A stretch of DNA of 64,000 nucleotides from Lingula anatina (Eukaryota; Animalia; Brachiopoda). The stretch is from contig CM120646.1 of NCBI GenBank assembly GCA_051362555.1, positions 20,460,001-20,524,000 of the forward strand, read 5' to 3'. Every line of letters starts with the position of its first letter. The first letter of the stretch is position 1. The position numbers and the translations under genes are program-made. This document shows, in pieces, positions 1 to 12,828 of the stretch. The notes beneath the pieces are model-generated. The model was not told the DNA's origin. It searched no databases and saw only the letters and a list, made by a program, of their open reading frames with translations.

Positions 1-81
1 GATCTTGTATAGATGTGCACATTAACGTGGGCATTTTATTACAACGTAAATGTGATCAATTACTTACTGTTTTTTCATGTT

Positions 82-123
<42 letters not shown>

Positions 124-280
124 GCATATTCTGTATAATAGCACACCCGTGGACGGTTTCCGATTACATTTCTATCACTGTATTTCGTTTGGAATAAATA
201 TGTGCCAAACGATAATGGTGTAATTAGGCCTATCGTTGTGTGAGCATTGCATTACTGCGTCGAGAAAAAATCAATTTGAG

Positions 281-317
<37 letters not shown>

Positions 318-2215
318 AAGATAAGGAGAAGTAAAAAAGGTAAAAAGTGAAAAAATAGGGCGCGATACCACATATATATGTGCAGTGATTGATACGCGTC
401 TCTCTTTGTGATGACATCTAAGTATTGACTCGCCATTTTTCTTAACCTAGGATCAATACCAGGTCTACTGTGCCTCGACCGCTTTACATAGCCACTAGGT
501 CCTTAGTGAATAGTTCTCCTTTCGAAGATAAAATTTGTTTTTGATTCACAAATTTGCCCTTTAAATAGACTCGTGTTCACGGTGAACACGCTATTCTTGC
601 CTGCTCCTACACGGACAATAACACTGCGTGCACTTTTTAGTCTTGTTGATCTTTCTATTGTCTGTTGCCATGGGGACTTCATAAACTAAACCAAAGAAAC
701 GGGACGGACCTAATCATTTCACCTGAAGGTTGACGTTTGTCTTGAAGTGCAGGGAAGGGAGAAGCATATTTGAACTGAAAACTGTAAGTTTTTTCTAAAA
801 ATGTATTGGTCTGAAATACACCCATCCTAAAGCAAAGGACGTATAAAATAAAACGGGCACTTCTCTGAAATATTTTGAGGGCTGCGTATTCATATTAATA
901 AGAATTTTTGGGTGTGAGGCACAAATAACTGTGGGCCCTACTGGCGGATGGTAAGTTACCCCTTTTTGTCTTTTTCATCTGGACACATTTAGTATCCGAC
1001 TTGACAAAGGAAGAATGTTTCTTCTTGGTGGAAGGTAGGTATAAATATAGTGTTACGGAGCGCTATTTAATAGTCCGTTTAATGACCGGATTGAAAACCT
1101 TGGTCGTCTGAAATAACAATATTTAAGGACAGAGCGAAATGACCTTAAAAAGCAAAAAGTACTTTTTCTCTTATAAGGCGTGATAGTCATGTTTATCACA
1201 TATAGTCTTATGATCATAAATTGAGCAGATGTATTTATTATTTCACTGGAAGGATAAACACTGATATGTAGTTGAACTCATAAGGTCACCGTCAAAGAAT
1301 GGCTGGTAAAATTATGCCATCTACATTGAATTTTGATGCAGTCATGGTAATCTTTTGTTTTAGTTTCCTCATAATTTGTGCAATTTTTATCGTATGAAGG
1401 CATAAAATCAATAAATGGATAACAAACACCGTATTGTGTATTGGTATTTGAGGGTTCTCTGATTGTTAGGATGCACTTAAGGGTGAGTTTTTTCAGACAT
1501 GGTTGTGGGTCACGTGAACAATGGCTGCACATATATTGATCGTGCAACACTGTCGCAGCCTCTGGTAATCATTATGATAAAAATTAATTTGTCAAGGATA
1601 AGGCTTAATTGACCAGAAAGCCAAGAGCCTGTGATGTTAGTGGTGGTACAAATCTGACGTTAGCGACGCACTTTCTATCTTTTTGATTAGTCACAACAAG
1701 CGGCGGTCAGGACCTAAGCAGAGGTCTCCCGAAAGTATGAAGGGGCAAGATGGTTTTATAAATGATTTTCATTCAGCGTTTTTTTTCTCCTCTCGTATTT
1801 TTCATATCCATAAACATCTTGAATTTACTTTTTGCTGTGTGACTACAGATTACTCTTACTCAGACTACAGAAAGTATAGGACCTCAAAGATGAAGCTTAA
1901 CATTTCAATTATTTTTTGTGCGTCTGACTTTCAAATTTGAGGTCATGTATCAACAGATGTATTACAAAAAGCCATTCGGCCATATTTCCTCCATCTAATG
2001 GCAATTCCTTTTTCACTAGGCCTACAAACTAAACGAAAATATTGATAAATATAACTTTTAACGCAAACTCCTTCAGCTAAAGTACATTAAAGTAGTATAT
2101 TTGACTAGTGAAATAAATACTTAATCAAATTATTAATTAGTTATTACTTTTGAGTAGAGAAGACAATGTAATAAAGGAAACTGTTTCTTGTCAGCTTCAG
2201 CAAAGTGACGTCACA

Positions 2216-2524
2216 ATGGAAGACCCAAACGACCCCGGAAAGTCGTACCCTCCTCCAACCTACGACCAAACGCCCGGCCAACCGGACTACGGACAACAGC
2301 CGGGTTATGGACAACAGCCGGGTTACGGCATGGTACAAACCCAACAAGCGACGTAAGTTAGGGACAGCTGTGTACTGTTTGCGCAATTAGAGGCAATTAA
2401 AGTCAGGATGTCTTCTAAGAGGTGTCTCTCGAACTACGTTTAGATCATTGGTGAAACAGCCAATTAATCGGGTCGAAAGTAATCTTCGACTGAACACGCA
2501 TCGATAAAGAGTTTATTTGAATTC

Positions 2525-2587
<63 letters not shown>

Positions 2588-3392
2588 TTCACTGAGCTAG
2601 TTACTAATTAGTATTAGGCCCTCCGAATATAAGTTTTTAAATTTAAAGCAAAATGTGACATATGGCTTCTTATTTCAATTTAATTTAATTTAACAGTTCA
2701 AACAACCAGACCATCGTCATGGCGTCTAATCCCGGATACGGAGGTGCAATCATTGTAAACCAGAGCAATCCGATCAGGCCAGCAAGTTACCTGGGCCTCT
2801 CCATATTCGTCCTGTTGTGCTGTAATCTACCATGCGGCATCATTGCGCTGATATTTTCGAGTGAGTAGATAAGCTTATTCTTCTAGATGCACGTTGAGTT
2901 GAGACTTGTTCGTAAAATCTGCACTGCGCGCAGACGGTTCTATGTCTGACGGCAATTGCGTTATGAGTTCTATCTCCTCTGCACAATGCGGTAGGTGATC
3001 ACCCCTCTCAGATCTCATTGCGTGCACCATTTGACAGTAATCGCAACAACAGCATTTCTTACATGCAGGTTGAGTTTGTGTCTGTAATCATCTGTTTGTC
3101 TTTCCGTTCAGTAACCAATTCATGTTTTCCTTCATCCACTCAAACGAGATCAATCAATTGATATAATAATTGAGTTACTGACTGTCTTCAGGTTTTTTTA
3201 ATAGCTGTACATACCTTTTTTTCTTTTATAGTTTTGTCCTCGACTGCAGCAGATGAGGAGGATTTCGAAAGCGCTCGTACGAGGGGCAAAGTGGCACTCG
3301 GCCTGAATCTGTTCGGTATGATTTCTACAGTGTTGATTGTGGTGATTGTGGTGGTCGTCTTAGTCACAGCTACAGCTAGGTTCATCGGGTAG
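2216..3392 (+). CDS. CD225/dispanin family (IFITM/PRRT1-like) membrane protein, paralog 1, 153 aa, 3 coding exons
   Basis: Exons 2216-2352, 2697-2860 and 3232-3392 join in frame via GT-AG introns (phases 2, 1). N-terminus is Pro/Gln/Gly/Tyr-rich (PPTY, GQQPGY repeats). It is followed by the CD225 pattern PASYLGLSIFVLLCCNLPCGIIALIFS / DFESARTRGKVALGLNLFG and a C-terminal hydrophobic helix. Family assigned by motif recognition. Confidence 0.9.
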
Positions 3393-4264
3393 TAAATCCT
3401 ACGGCGGTTTTAGTTTTTGGAACTGTGAGGGCGGGGTCACCACACTGGAAAGAACAATGCATACATTGCGCGTGCGTTTATTCACTACTAACATTATATA
3501 CGGACAGTTTTGTTATTTTAGTCAACATTTCATGCAGTTTTCACTTGGATATTTCCAAAACCAGCAATCTTCGAATATTTTCCATATATCCACACATTTT
3601 CATCATTGGAATTCTGTTCTACAAGAACAAGTGCCCTTAATTGTGTAATATATTCATCCGAACTTTGTTTACCGCTTATATGTGTGTCTGTAGGGTGTTT
3701 TTAGAAATATCCCTTTTCTAAAAAGATATTTACATGTATTTTAATCAAGAGCAAGGTGCTCATTATTGTGCCATGTGATACATAAATATACTTAGGTTTC
3801 ATATTTTATTATTTTGTATCCGTACACGTTGCATGTGCATAACGCTTTAAACTATAAATTGCAGTGCCATATTTTTCCTGTAATTACAACAACAGTTATG
3901 TTTTGTATTGTTTCCAACCCATTGCTGCTGTTAGTGGGATGAGCCCATTCAAACTTACCGGGAAAAAAGAAAAAAAAATGTATTTAAAGCAGACTTTAAA
4001 AGCAGCTCAATGAGAAATTCACTGTGATATTGCCATATTTTTCCTGTAATTACGATACAACAGTTATGTTTTGTATTGTCCTAGGATGCTATTTTTCTTA
4101 TAAGAAATCGACAAATTTTAGACGTGACCCTGCGTTTTTTTTTTTTTTTTTTTTTTTTTTTTCACACAAACACGTTTTAAAACATGCAATGCGCGGTAGA
4201 ACTAAAATACATGAATAAAAAGATTTAGGAAAATTCAGCATTTTTTTCCTTTTTAATAGTTTGC

Positions 4265-4390
4265 CACCCTGAGCTTCGAGATAACTTGACACTAACCTCT
4301 TCACTGTAGCCTATCTTCATCGTGTCAAGTTACACGAAGATAGGCTACAGTGAAGAGGTTAGTGTCAAGTTATTTCTGAAGATCAGGGTG
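4265..4390. repeat. Long inverted repeat/hairpin with a 38-bp perfect stem
   Basis: 4281-4318 (ataacttgac...ctatcttc) is the exact reverse complement of 4336-4373. Imperfect pairing extends out to 4265/4390. Confidence 0.9.
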
Positions 4391-4628
4391 TAGTTTACTA
4401 GAAATGAGTTTTAATTGCAATCCGAAGGTTGAAAGGTTGAAGTTGTACAATCATCTGCGAGAGTCCCTGTAGAGTTACAGCTCAATATTTAAGTCGATAA
4501 ATTTCATTGTGAACGGGTCTAAGAATCCAAATTTGACAATTTACGCAATGAAGATAGAATCTGTTGATCTCAAAAACAGGTGAATACACCATAATTTTTC
4601 AAAGATTTTTAACAGACAGACAGACAGT

Positions 4629-4660
<32 letters not shown>

Positions 4661-7542
4661 TACGGAGATACTGTGCATTTCCCTGGCAACATAATACCAT
4701 GTCAAATGCACTGGTGATAAAGGACCGGAATATTGGTACAAATTTTTTGCATAAGTATCTGTATAACTTAAAGTTATATAACAAGGAATTTTTATGAAAT
4801 CGAGCCAGCAGTACGTGATTTAGGCATTGGTTGAGTAATTGACTTTCTCTTACTAGTGAATCCACTCCAATCTATGCAGAAATTGAGAATCCCCCTCTCT
4901 GTATATCAGCCTGAACGAAGACAAAAAGCGAAATCGACCAAAACGCAGGTTTTAAAATGTTTATTTTGAACCGATAAGTATCATTTGCATAACATCTGAT
5001 ATCACAGTGGTGATTGATTAGCACTATAGCATTATATACATGTATATTATTTTCTAAACGCGTGCTAGAAAACAGGAGTCAAAATTAGAGATTACGGGGG
5101 TTATTAAAGGCGACAGGCGATTATCACTGTACTGTTCCTTTCATAAATACTGTAATATAAGTTGGTCCAAAAGGCTCAGTTCTGAATCATCTGTATCCCG
5201 GTGGGACACCTGGCTGATCCTTAATTTTACACCTGTCTCGCAATACAACCCTGGAGAAAAAAATGAACGTTTTTTTTTACAACTCATCTCGCAGCCCTTA
5301 CCGAAGTGTCCTCCAGGGTTCTACACGCCGTCCTAGTGGAAGTTGGCCCGAAAGCCTTCAGGGCCAAACATACAATGTATATACAATACTGGACAGATGT
5401 ATCCTATAGGACGTCTGATAAAATTCCTATAGAGTCCCATAGAGTCCTGTAAGACTGTAGAAAATATTTGTAAGGGAAGGTAAAGTAACAGAGAGAAGAA
5501 CTGTCAGTAAAAAAAAAAAGAAAAGAAAAGAAAAACAGCACTTCATCGACTTATTCTGGGGAGAATAATTATGATTTAAACATGGCATAAAGTACAGAGT
5601 TTCCACTTCATGCACGTGTCAAACTGGGCCCTTTTAATAAGAAAAATCTGAATTGTCTACCGTGACTTTTGATCCCACTATTGATTAAAACTCGCATAAT
5701 CTCGCTTGACTTCAGACGAGGTAACGAGACTTCGGGCTATCCCGGAAGTTTCCACTGTGTTTGCAAATGGAATTTGTCAACTTCAAATGCGTCATGAGAC
5801 GCCTCGTGAAACAGTTGTTATTAAGCAAATATAAGGGATTTTACAACCTTCGGCGCTTATTTGTCCATGGATTTGCGTTTAAGGCCGATTGGCGTTATAA
5901 AATAACGTAATCCCTCGACACTGCTTAAGTCTGCGTTTGCATAGGATGCGACCATAAATTGTTAGTCAGAACAATTCAGCTTATCATCGCCATTATCCAG
6001 TATTTATTTAAATTGACGGGTATGAATTTATCAATACCTGCTGACTTCCGCCTTTTCTTAATGTTACCTATATATAGCTCTCCAAACAGATTGTCGTCCA
6101 TTGTGTTGCACAATGAAATCCATTTGCGGCTAACGCTCTGCGTGTTGTCTTTTACGTTCGATAGATTTTTGTTGAAGAACGGTCAAGACCCTGCGACACA
6201 TTTTTGATCTGTTGCCATATCTATAATCTACAATCCAGTAGCTGCCCAGGGTAACAAAACGTGAGCAACTTCGTTTGTTAAAGACAGGGCGGCGCCTGGT
6301 GACTTGAACAACTCAGGTAATATCACAAAAAATTGATGTACGTTCTTTTCAGCCTTTTTTGTCTTTTTGTTTCTATACTTTTTATTTAATCCTTTTTTGC
6401 TTAGATAGATTTTGTTAGCAAAAGAAGCAAGAGGGGCGCATTGGCTAGATTTTTATTAAAAATTCAAAAAAGCATTTTGACGGTTCAAAGACAATTGATT
6501 TAAACCTCGTGAAGCAGATATTAATACATGTACTACCCTGTAATTGGGGTGGATTCACGCAATTGTTCATTCTTCATTTTCCAGTGACGATTGCAATAAC
6601 GACTTTTATCTTATCAATAGTTTTATTTTCACATATCAGACTTAATACTTTTTATTATTATTGATTATTATTATTATTATTGGTATTATTATTTCATTTT
6701 ATACCACTTACTTAAACAGAATATAATTTCTAACGTACAATTTACATACACATCAGCTTATTAAAATATTATTATCATTACTTGTTTGAAGAAGAGAAAT
6801 GTAAACGAATAATCGCGATAAGGCTCAATGGAATAATGCAAAATTTTGTAAATCGATTTTAAAATGGAGTGGAAATATCAGTATGAAGACAAAATTTGCA
6901 TAGCCAATCAATAAAAATTTCGATATGAAAGTGAAGTAAACTTATCATTTTCTGCCTGTCAGCATTGTTATTATTGTCGTTGTCTAAACACTGTGATAAA
7001 GTACAGGTACGGTTATAGTGGCATATCAGGCTCCCTGCTATTGCCATGATGGCCACAGAAAAGCCTTTTAAAGTACCACAGTTACAGAATATTCGTTTTT
7101 GTTTAAGAAAGACAGAGACAAAAATGGAAAAAAGTTTGTGGCTGAAATAATGCCGTTTTTTATATCATATACAGTTGTTGTACAGAAAACACGACAGCAA
7201 AACTATATAGAGCAAAACAAAATTGTGCGAATTTGCAGTACGTACCACGGGCCATTTTATGTTCTGTGAAAAAGCAAAGCTCCGACTGATGAAGCCCTTT
7301 CACAAATTGGTCAGGTGCGTGTGAAAGATCACGCAAAGGCCACAGTATGGCCAGTATGACCGGTATAAGGGTTCGTGTGACAGAGGGCCACCTTCCACTT
7401 AATTATACAGGTAATGGATAGCCGGACGTAGGTGGGTCAAAATCTAGGGCGAGGTACCTGTACAAAAGAATAGAAGAGGGCTCTCTGTCATGGGGGACTC
7501 TCTGTAACGTCACTCACGTGTGTCTTGTAATTACAGGTCACA

Positions 7543-8171
7543 ATGTCCGTCGAGGTGCCGTGTTCCGATGTGAAGCCGGACTCCCTGTCTCTGTATGGCC
7601 AGGTAAGACGAGGGCGGTACTCCCTCCCGCAGCTGTACGGGGAGGCGGAGGAAGTGACTTTTGGAGACCGACCCATCTACTGCCAACCTTTCACGTGCGG
7701 GCAGCAAGCTATGCATGACTTAAAACCCGGCTACGGTCCACTCCCTGGACAAACTGCCTATAGGTAAAATACTGATTAAACAAGAACCGAAAACCAGTCT
7801 GACTTGCGGCACAAGATAGCGAAATTATATAGAAATGTCCTTGTTAAATGATCGGCTGATGGTTCGAACTTGTCTGATCGCAGCTAAAGGTACGGACTGT
7901 TCAGACTAGCGCTAGCGTAGACCGATAACCGCCTTCCAACACACCCTCAGATGACAGAGATCTCCGACTCATTAATTGTTCATCAGACGCATTTAAATAC
8001 CTGTTTTATCAATGTGGTCGTCTAACAGCACGCATTTGACCGACTTCTGAAAAATTCCAAAGCAACCTCTCTCTAAATAATTCATCATACAGTATACTGC
8101 AATAATGTCTGGATTGAAATGTACTTACAAGGAAGAAAAGACACACAACGAATATTAGACCTTTAGTTGGC

Positions 8172-8214
<43 letters not shown>

Positions 8215-9966
8215 TATAAATTGTCCTGGAAATTTCTATACCTTCTTTTTTTTCATTTATACCAAGGATCACCACCAGATCTAAAGCCGTTCACAGAATT
8301 CCAAGCCATAAACCATTTTAATCTTAAATGTTTATCTAACTATTTAAATCATTCTAGTAATGGAAAAAAGACCGATTCATTTTCATTTATTTTCTAGGCA
8401 TTTTATTTTTTGAAATCGTTTAAATCAGAGTACTTCTGTACCGTGACACGCTTAAAAGCTAAACCTGCTTTCTTCACCATGTCGATAACTAGCAAATAAC
8501 GTTACCAGCAGCCGGATAAGCCCTAGAAGAATAATCAATGCTTTCTTGTTTTAAATAATTAGAAACCCGCTAACGTCTCGGTTAAGTGTATTTCCTCTCT
8601 TTAATGCGTCACCTCTAGGAACTACTCGGCACGACCAGTTGTGGTTGACCTGGATCTACTTTGCCGGCTTTTAATCCTATACGTTGTACCTGCGGTTAAG
8701 GAATTGATTGGTGGGGCTCTTCACGCTGTGTGTGCAAGTTAGGTCTCTATGTGGAAGCGGTCAGAATTCATGTTTCACATGCGCAGAATTACAACTTTGT
8801 TGACATGTTTCTGGAGAGTTTACTTAAAGCCTGAAACGCCGTGTGTAAGATGTTTCAAGCACTTACATATGCAGATATTGATTTTTTTTCAAGGTTTACT
8901 GACTTCTATTTACACGTTTATACATGTACTCGCTAGGCTCTAGGTGGAGAGGAGGAAGGGCGAAGGGGGCACAATAAGTCACACAAATAAGCAATATACA
9001 GGATTAAACACACACACACACACACACACACATGCACACACACACACATACACACATGCACAGTTAACTTCACAGGTGCCGATCTTTTCTTCTTTCCTTC
9101 CCACAAAAAAAAAAAAACATTATTACAAAAGTAAGTAATTTTGTACCCTCCCCCTAAAAATTAATAAGACATAGATAAATGAATAAAATAATGGGGGGGG
9201 GGCAAGAGGATATGGGCATTTGAATCTACATAATACAAAATTCTGCTGTAAATGTATCGGTTTGTTGTTATTCAAATAAACCGGTATGTTGTTTTGAAAT
9301 ATACAGGTATGTTATCTTTTAAATATACCGGAAAGTTGTCATTTATACCGACATGCTGTTATTAAAAAATACTGGAAAGTTGTCAGTTAATAAACCCATA
9401 TGTTGTCTTTCAAATAACCGGAAAGCTGTCATTTAAATATACCGGTATGTTGTCATTTAAATATACCAGAGATTTGTCATTTTAATATACCGGTAAGTTG
9501 TCTTTTGAATTTACCGATATGTTGACATTTGAATAAACGTGTATGTTATCTTTTCCAGTACTGGTCTTCAAGGAACGGTTGTCATGACAGCCCAGTCACG
9601 TGTCGGTCCAAGTGCTTTGCTAGTGACACACCAGCAGCAACCTCAGAGCTACATATCTCTGTCGATTTTCGTGATGCTGTGCTGTAATGTTTTATTCGGT
9701 CTGATTGCGGTTGTCTTCTCCAGTAAGTGTCACAGCTAATGCAATCAACCAAATGACCAACGTGCCCGTTATAGCACACAACTGCCCTCTAGCGGCAAAA
9801 GAACAATGAACGTGATAATGCTTTACATCAGCTGATCAGTTGAAATCATGGATATCAAAAGTAAGACAATTCTTGGACCCCCTCCCCCCTCTTGTGCAAA
9901 AATTTGTGAATTAAAGAAAACAAAATATGCAATTTGATCGCCAGAGGACGGTAGTGTCTGTTGGGA

Positions 9967-10028
<62 letters not shown>

Positions 10029-11686
10029 CATTGGTCAAAAAGGTTGTCCCACCCCAATTTCCATGTACTTTTATTTACAAATGATCACCTCACAGCTGTA
10101 AATTGTTAGAAATAGTACTTTTTATTACAGATACCGTGTCTAACATGATTAATGGTTTAAAAAAATGCAAAATAGTGGTGAAAATATACACATTTTATAC
10201 CATTTATTAAATTTATAAGAGGTACCCCCTCAAATCCACTGTTTCACTGTGACTTCTACAGATGTAAAGAAATGTCTATTAAATAGAAAAGACGCCATCA
10301 AATGTCACCAAATTTACACACAATTAGCATTAGGGTGTGTTCGTTAAAGATCACGTGCCTAACAGCGTGTGCGTCTACCGCGTACTGCAATCATCTCCTG
10401 TAGACGGCGCGACAAGCCTTCAACACGGGTAACAATTCTGTTTTGTGGGATATTGTCCCATTCTTCTTAAACAAGTTGAAGGAGTTGGTCCACGTTTTTA
10501 TGGGGTTGGTTCTCCTTTGCATTGCACACTCTAAATCATGTCATTGTCACAGTTGATTAGTAAGTTTAATATCAGGACTCAAAGATGGTGGTTCCATCCT
10601 TAGAGCATTGTGTTTTTTCAACAAACACTTGCCAGGCGAGAGGTGTGAGCAAGTGTGCAGTCATGATAAAGCCTGAAGTTAACCCCAAAGTCAGTTCTTG
10701 AAGATGGAATGAGATATCAGCTGAGAATGCTACATTCAGTGATCCCACAGGCACCTGAACTTGGCCATCCATCACTGGAAGGAAGTCGGTTTTGATGCTG
10801 AATCAAATTATTTCTTGTATCCTATCGATGGTCAAAAAGGGTCTATAGACATATTAAAAATGCCCTTGGAAGGGTTTGTGTAGGATAATATCGCCTGAGG
10901 TGTTAGATCAGTCCGCATTTGGAGAACATTCCAAGCCCATGGTATTAGTACATTGTTCCTTTTGGAACAAAACGTAACAGGGGTATTTTAATGTAGCATT
11001 CTCAACAGAAATCTCACTCCATTTGCAAGAGGTGACTTCAGGGATGCTAACTGCTTTATTGTGACAACGCACTTGCTCACAGCTCTCGTCTGGCAAGCGA
11101 TTTGTTGCAGAAACACAGGGCTCTAAGGATGGGACAACCATCTTTAAGCACTGATATTAATCCTACTGAGCACCTGTGGCATGAATTGGAATGTGCATTG
11201 CAGAGAAGAACCAATTCCCAAATAATCTTGACCAATTCCGCCACGCTCTTTAGGATGAATGGGACAATATCCCACATAACAGAATTGTTACCCGTGTTGA
11301 AGGCATGTCGCGCCAGGAGATAATTGCAGTACGCGGTAGACGCACACGCTGTTAGGCACGTGATTTTTAACAAGCACACTCAAATGCTAATTGTGTGTGA
11401 ATCTGGTGACATTTGATGGTGTCTTTTCAATTCAATTTAATAGACGTTTCTTTACATCTGTAGAAGTCACAGTGAAACAGTGGATTTGAGGGGGTACCTC
11501 TTAGAAATTTTACTAAATGGTATAAAATGTGTATATCTTCACCACTATTTTGTATTTTTTAAACCATTAATCATATTAGACACGATGTATGTAATAAAAA
11601 CACTATTTCTAACAATTTACAGCTGTGAGGTGATAATTTGTAAATTTGCATGGAAATTGGGGTGGGACAACCTTTTTGACCAATGT

Positions 11687-11747
<61 letters not shown>

Positions 11748-12210
11748 CCCGTAGTCTGGCCTATAAGAAACTATTATTCGTTTTGCAGCATGCTGTAATT
11801 CTTTGGGCTACTCACATGATTTAAAACATTTAATCGTTGTCTTAGCATAAATAGCGGGTTTAGGATTGATTTATGAATTGGATACAGTCTGAACCTCTAC
11901 AATAAATGAATAATTAGTCAACATGTAACATAATGAATATTCTACTAGTATTATCGTATTAATATCCTTCAAAAATAGTAAGATGTTTTGAAATATGGAA
12001 ATATCGTAACAGCGTTAACACTATTTTTTATCTCTTTCAGTCCAATCCGACAATGCTGCTCACATATATGACCATTCCGGGGCGCGGACGAAGGGGAAAG
12101 TTGCCCTTTTTTTCAACACGGTCGGCATCGTATCGTCCCTTATTGCAGTCACGGTTGTCGTGTCTTACGTCATCTCAAGGGGGAATGTGACAAATACGAA
12201 TAGATGGTGA
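7543..12210 (+). CDS. CD225/dispanin family membrane protein, paralog 2, 184 aa, 3 coding exons
   Basis: Exons 7543-7763, 9559-9722 and 12041-12210, with the same intron phases and the same 164-nt middle exon as paralog 1. Motifs: PQSYISLSIFVMLCCNVLFGLIAVVFS / DHSGARTKGKVALFFNTVG plus a hydrophobic C-terminal helix. Confidence 0.88.
9251..9558. repeat. Degenerate ~24-bp minisatellite, about 13 units (consensus aaatataccggtatgttgtcattt)
   Basis: Units read directly. The last unit runs into the ttttccag acceptor of exon 2 of CD225 paralog 2. Confidence 0.85.
9972..10027. repeat. (TA)n microsatellite, continued at 11689-11746. Other simple repeats: (GT)n 85-120, (GA)n 284-314, (TTTA)n 2526-2589, (CAGA)n 4613-4657, (CA)n/(TA)n 19384-19476, (TA)n 41490-41540, (CA)n 52413-52488, (TAA)n 55272-55316
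   Basis: Read directly from the sequence; boundaries approximate. Confidence 0.95.
10026..11688. mobile_element. Non-autonomous Tc1/mariner-derived fold-back element, copy 1 (~720-bp inverted arms, ~235-bp spacer)
   Basis: Ends are (c/t)aacattggtcaaaaaggttgtcccac...gtgggacaacctttttgaccaatgttg, flanked by TA inside (TA)n runs. The arms carry a decayed Tc1 transposase C-terminus (STDINPTEHLWHELE, compare the Tc1 SPDLNPIEHLW motif) at about 11140-11195. Lies in intron 2 of CD225 paralog 2. Confidence 0.88.
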
Positions 12211-12581
12211 CGTTATTGCCGGAATTATACCAGAGTAACGGGGACAATAATCTATAAGCTGAGAAAACGGGATTAGCTACAAATTGTTCACAGGTTACTA
12301 AAATACGTAACATACGTAATTATTAAAAAGGCGGTTTATATAAATTGGGTCCCTTCTTATAGGCGGTTATTCCTCTTTTCGGTTAAAAAAGGGCTGCTTA
12401 TATTAGAATTTCTCCTTGGCCCTGGGCACTGCTCCGGAGTCTGGTGTTGACTGTTTCTATGGAAACCCGGGTTTTGGTGCGTTGCCTGTCAGAAATGCTA
12501 CTGACAAGGGTCTCGTATGACGTCACATCTCTCAAAGAACATATGAAGCATGTCCTCATTGCACGAAACTGTTCTAATGGG

Positions 12582-12828
12582 GACGACCAGTGCTGACACC
12601 TTGTGGCACAAGGTGCATTGTGCGATGCCGAGGAATACCGAGCGATGACGAGCGATGCCGAGGCATCACAGACATTTCGGAGCCAGCAGCAAAGTGCATC
12701 TGTGGAGACGACCAGTGCTGACATCTTGCGGCACAAGGTGCTTTGTGAGATGCCGAGGAATACCGAGCAATGACGAGCGATGCCGAGGCATCACAGACAT
12801 TTCGGAGCCAGCAGCAAAGTGCATCTGT
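12582..12828. repeat. Two-copy ~125-bp GC-rich tandem repeat
   Basis: gacgaccagtgctgaca...gcaaagtgcatctgt occurs at about 12582-12703 and 12707-12828 with a few substitutions. Confidence 0.9.

Noticed and set aside
7286-7330. Hammerhead ribozyme at CTGATGA (also 55097 and 56165)
   Set aside because: No correctly placed stem II, GAAA and cleavage triplet.
9251-9558. CRISPR-like appearance of short repeats (also 12582-12828)
   Set aside because: Units are contiguous and degenerate, with no unique spacers and no cas genes, in a eukaryotic context.
11102-11323. Functional Tc1 transposase
   Set aside because: Only a short decayed C-terminal remnant is present; copy 2 has a stop in the same segment.
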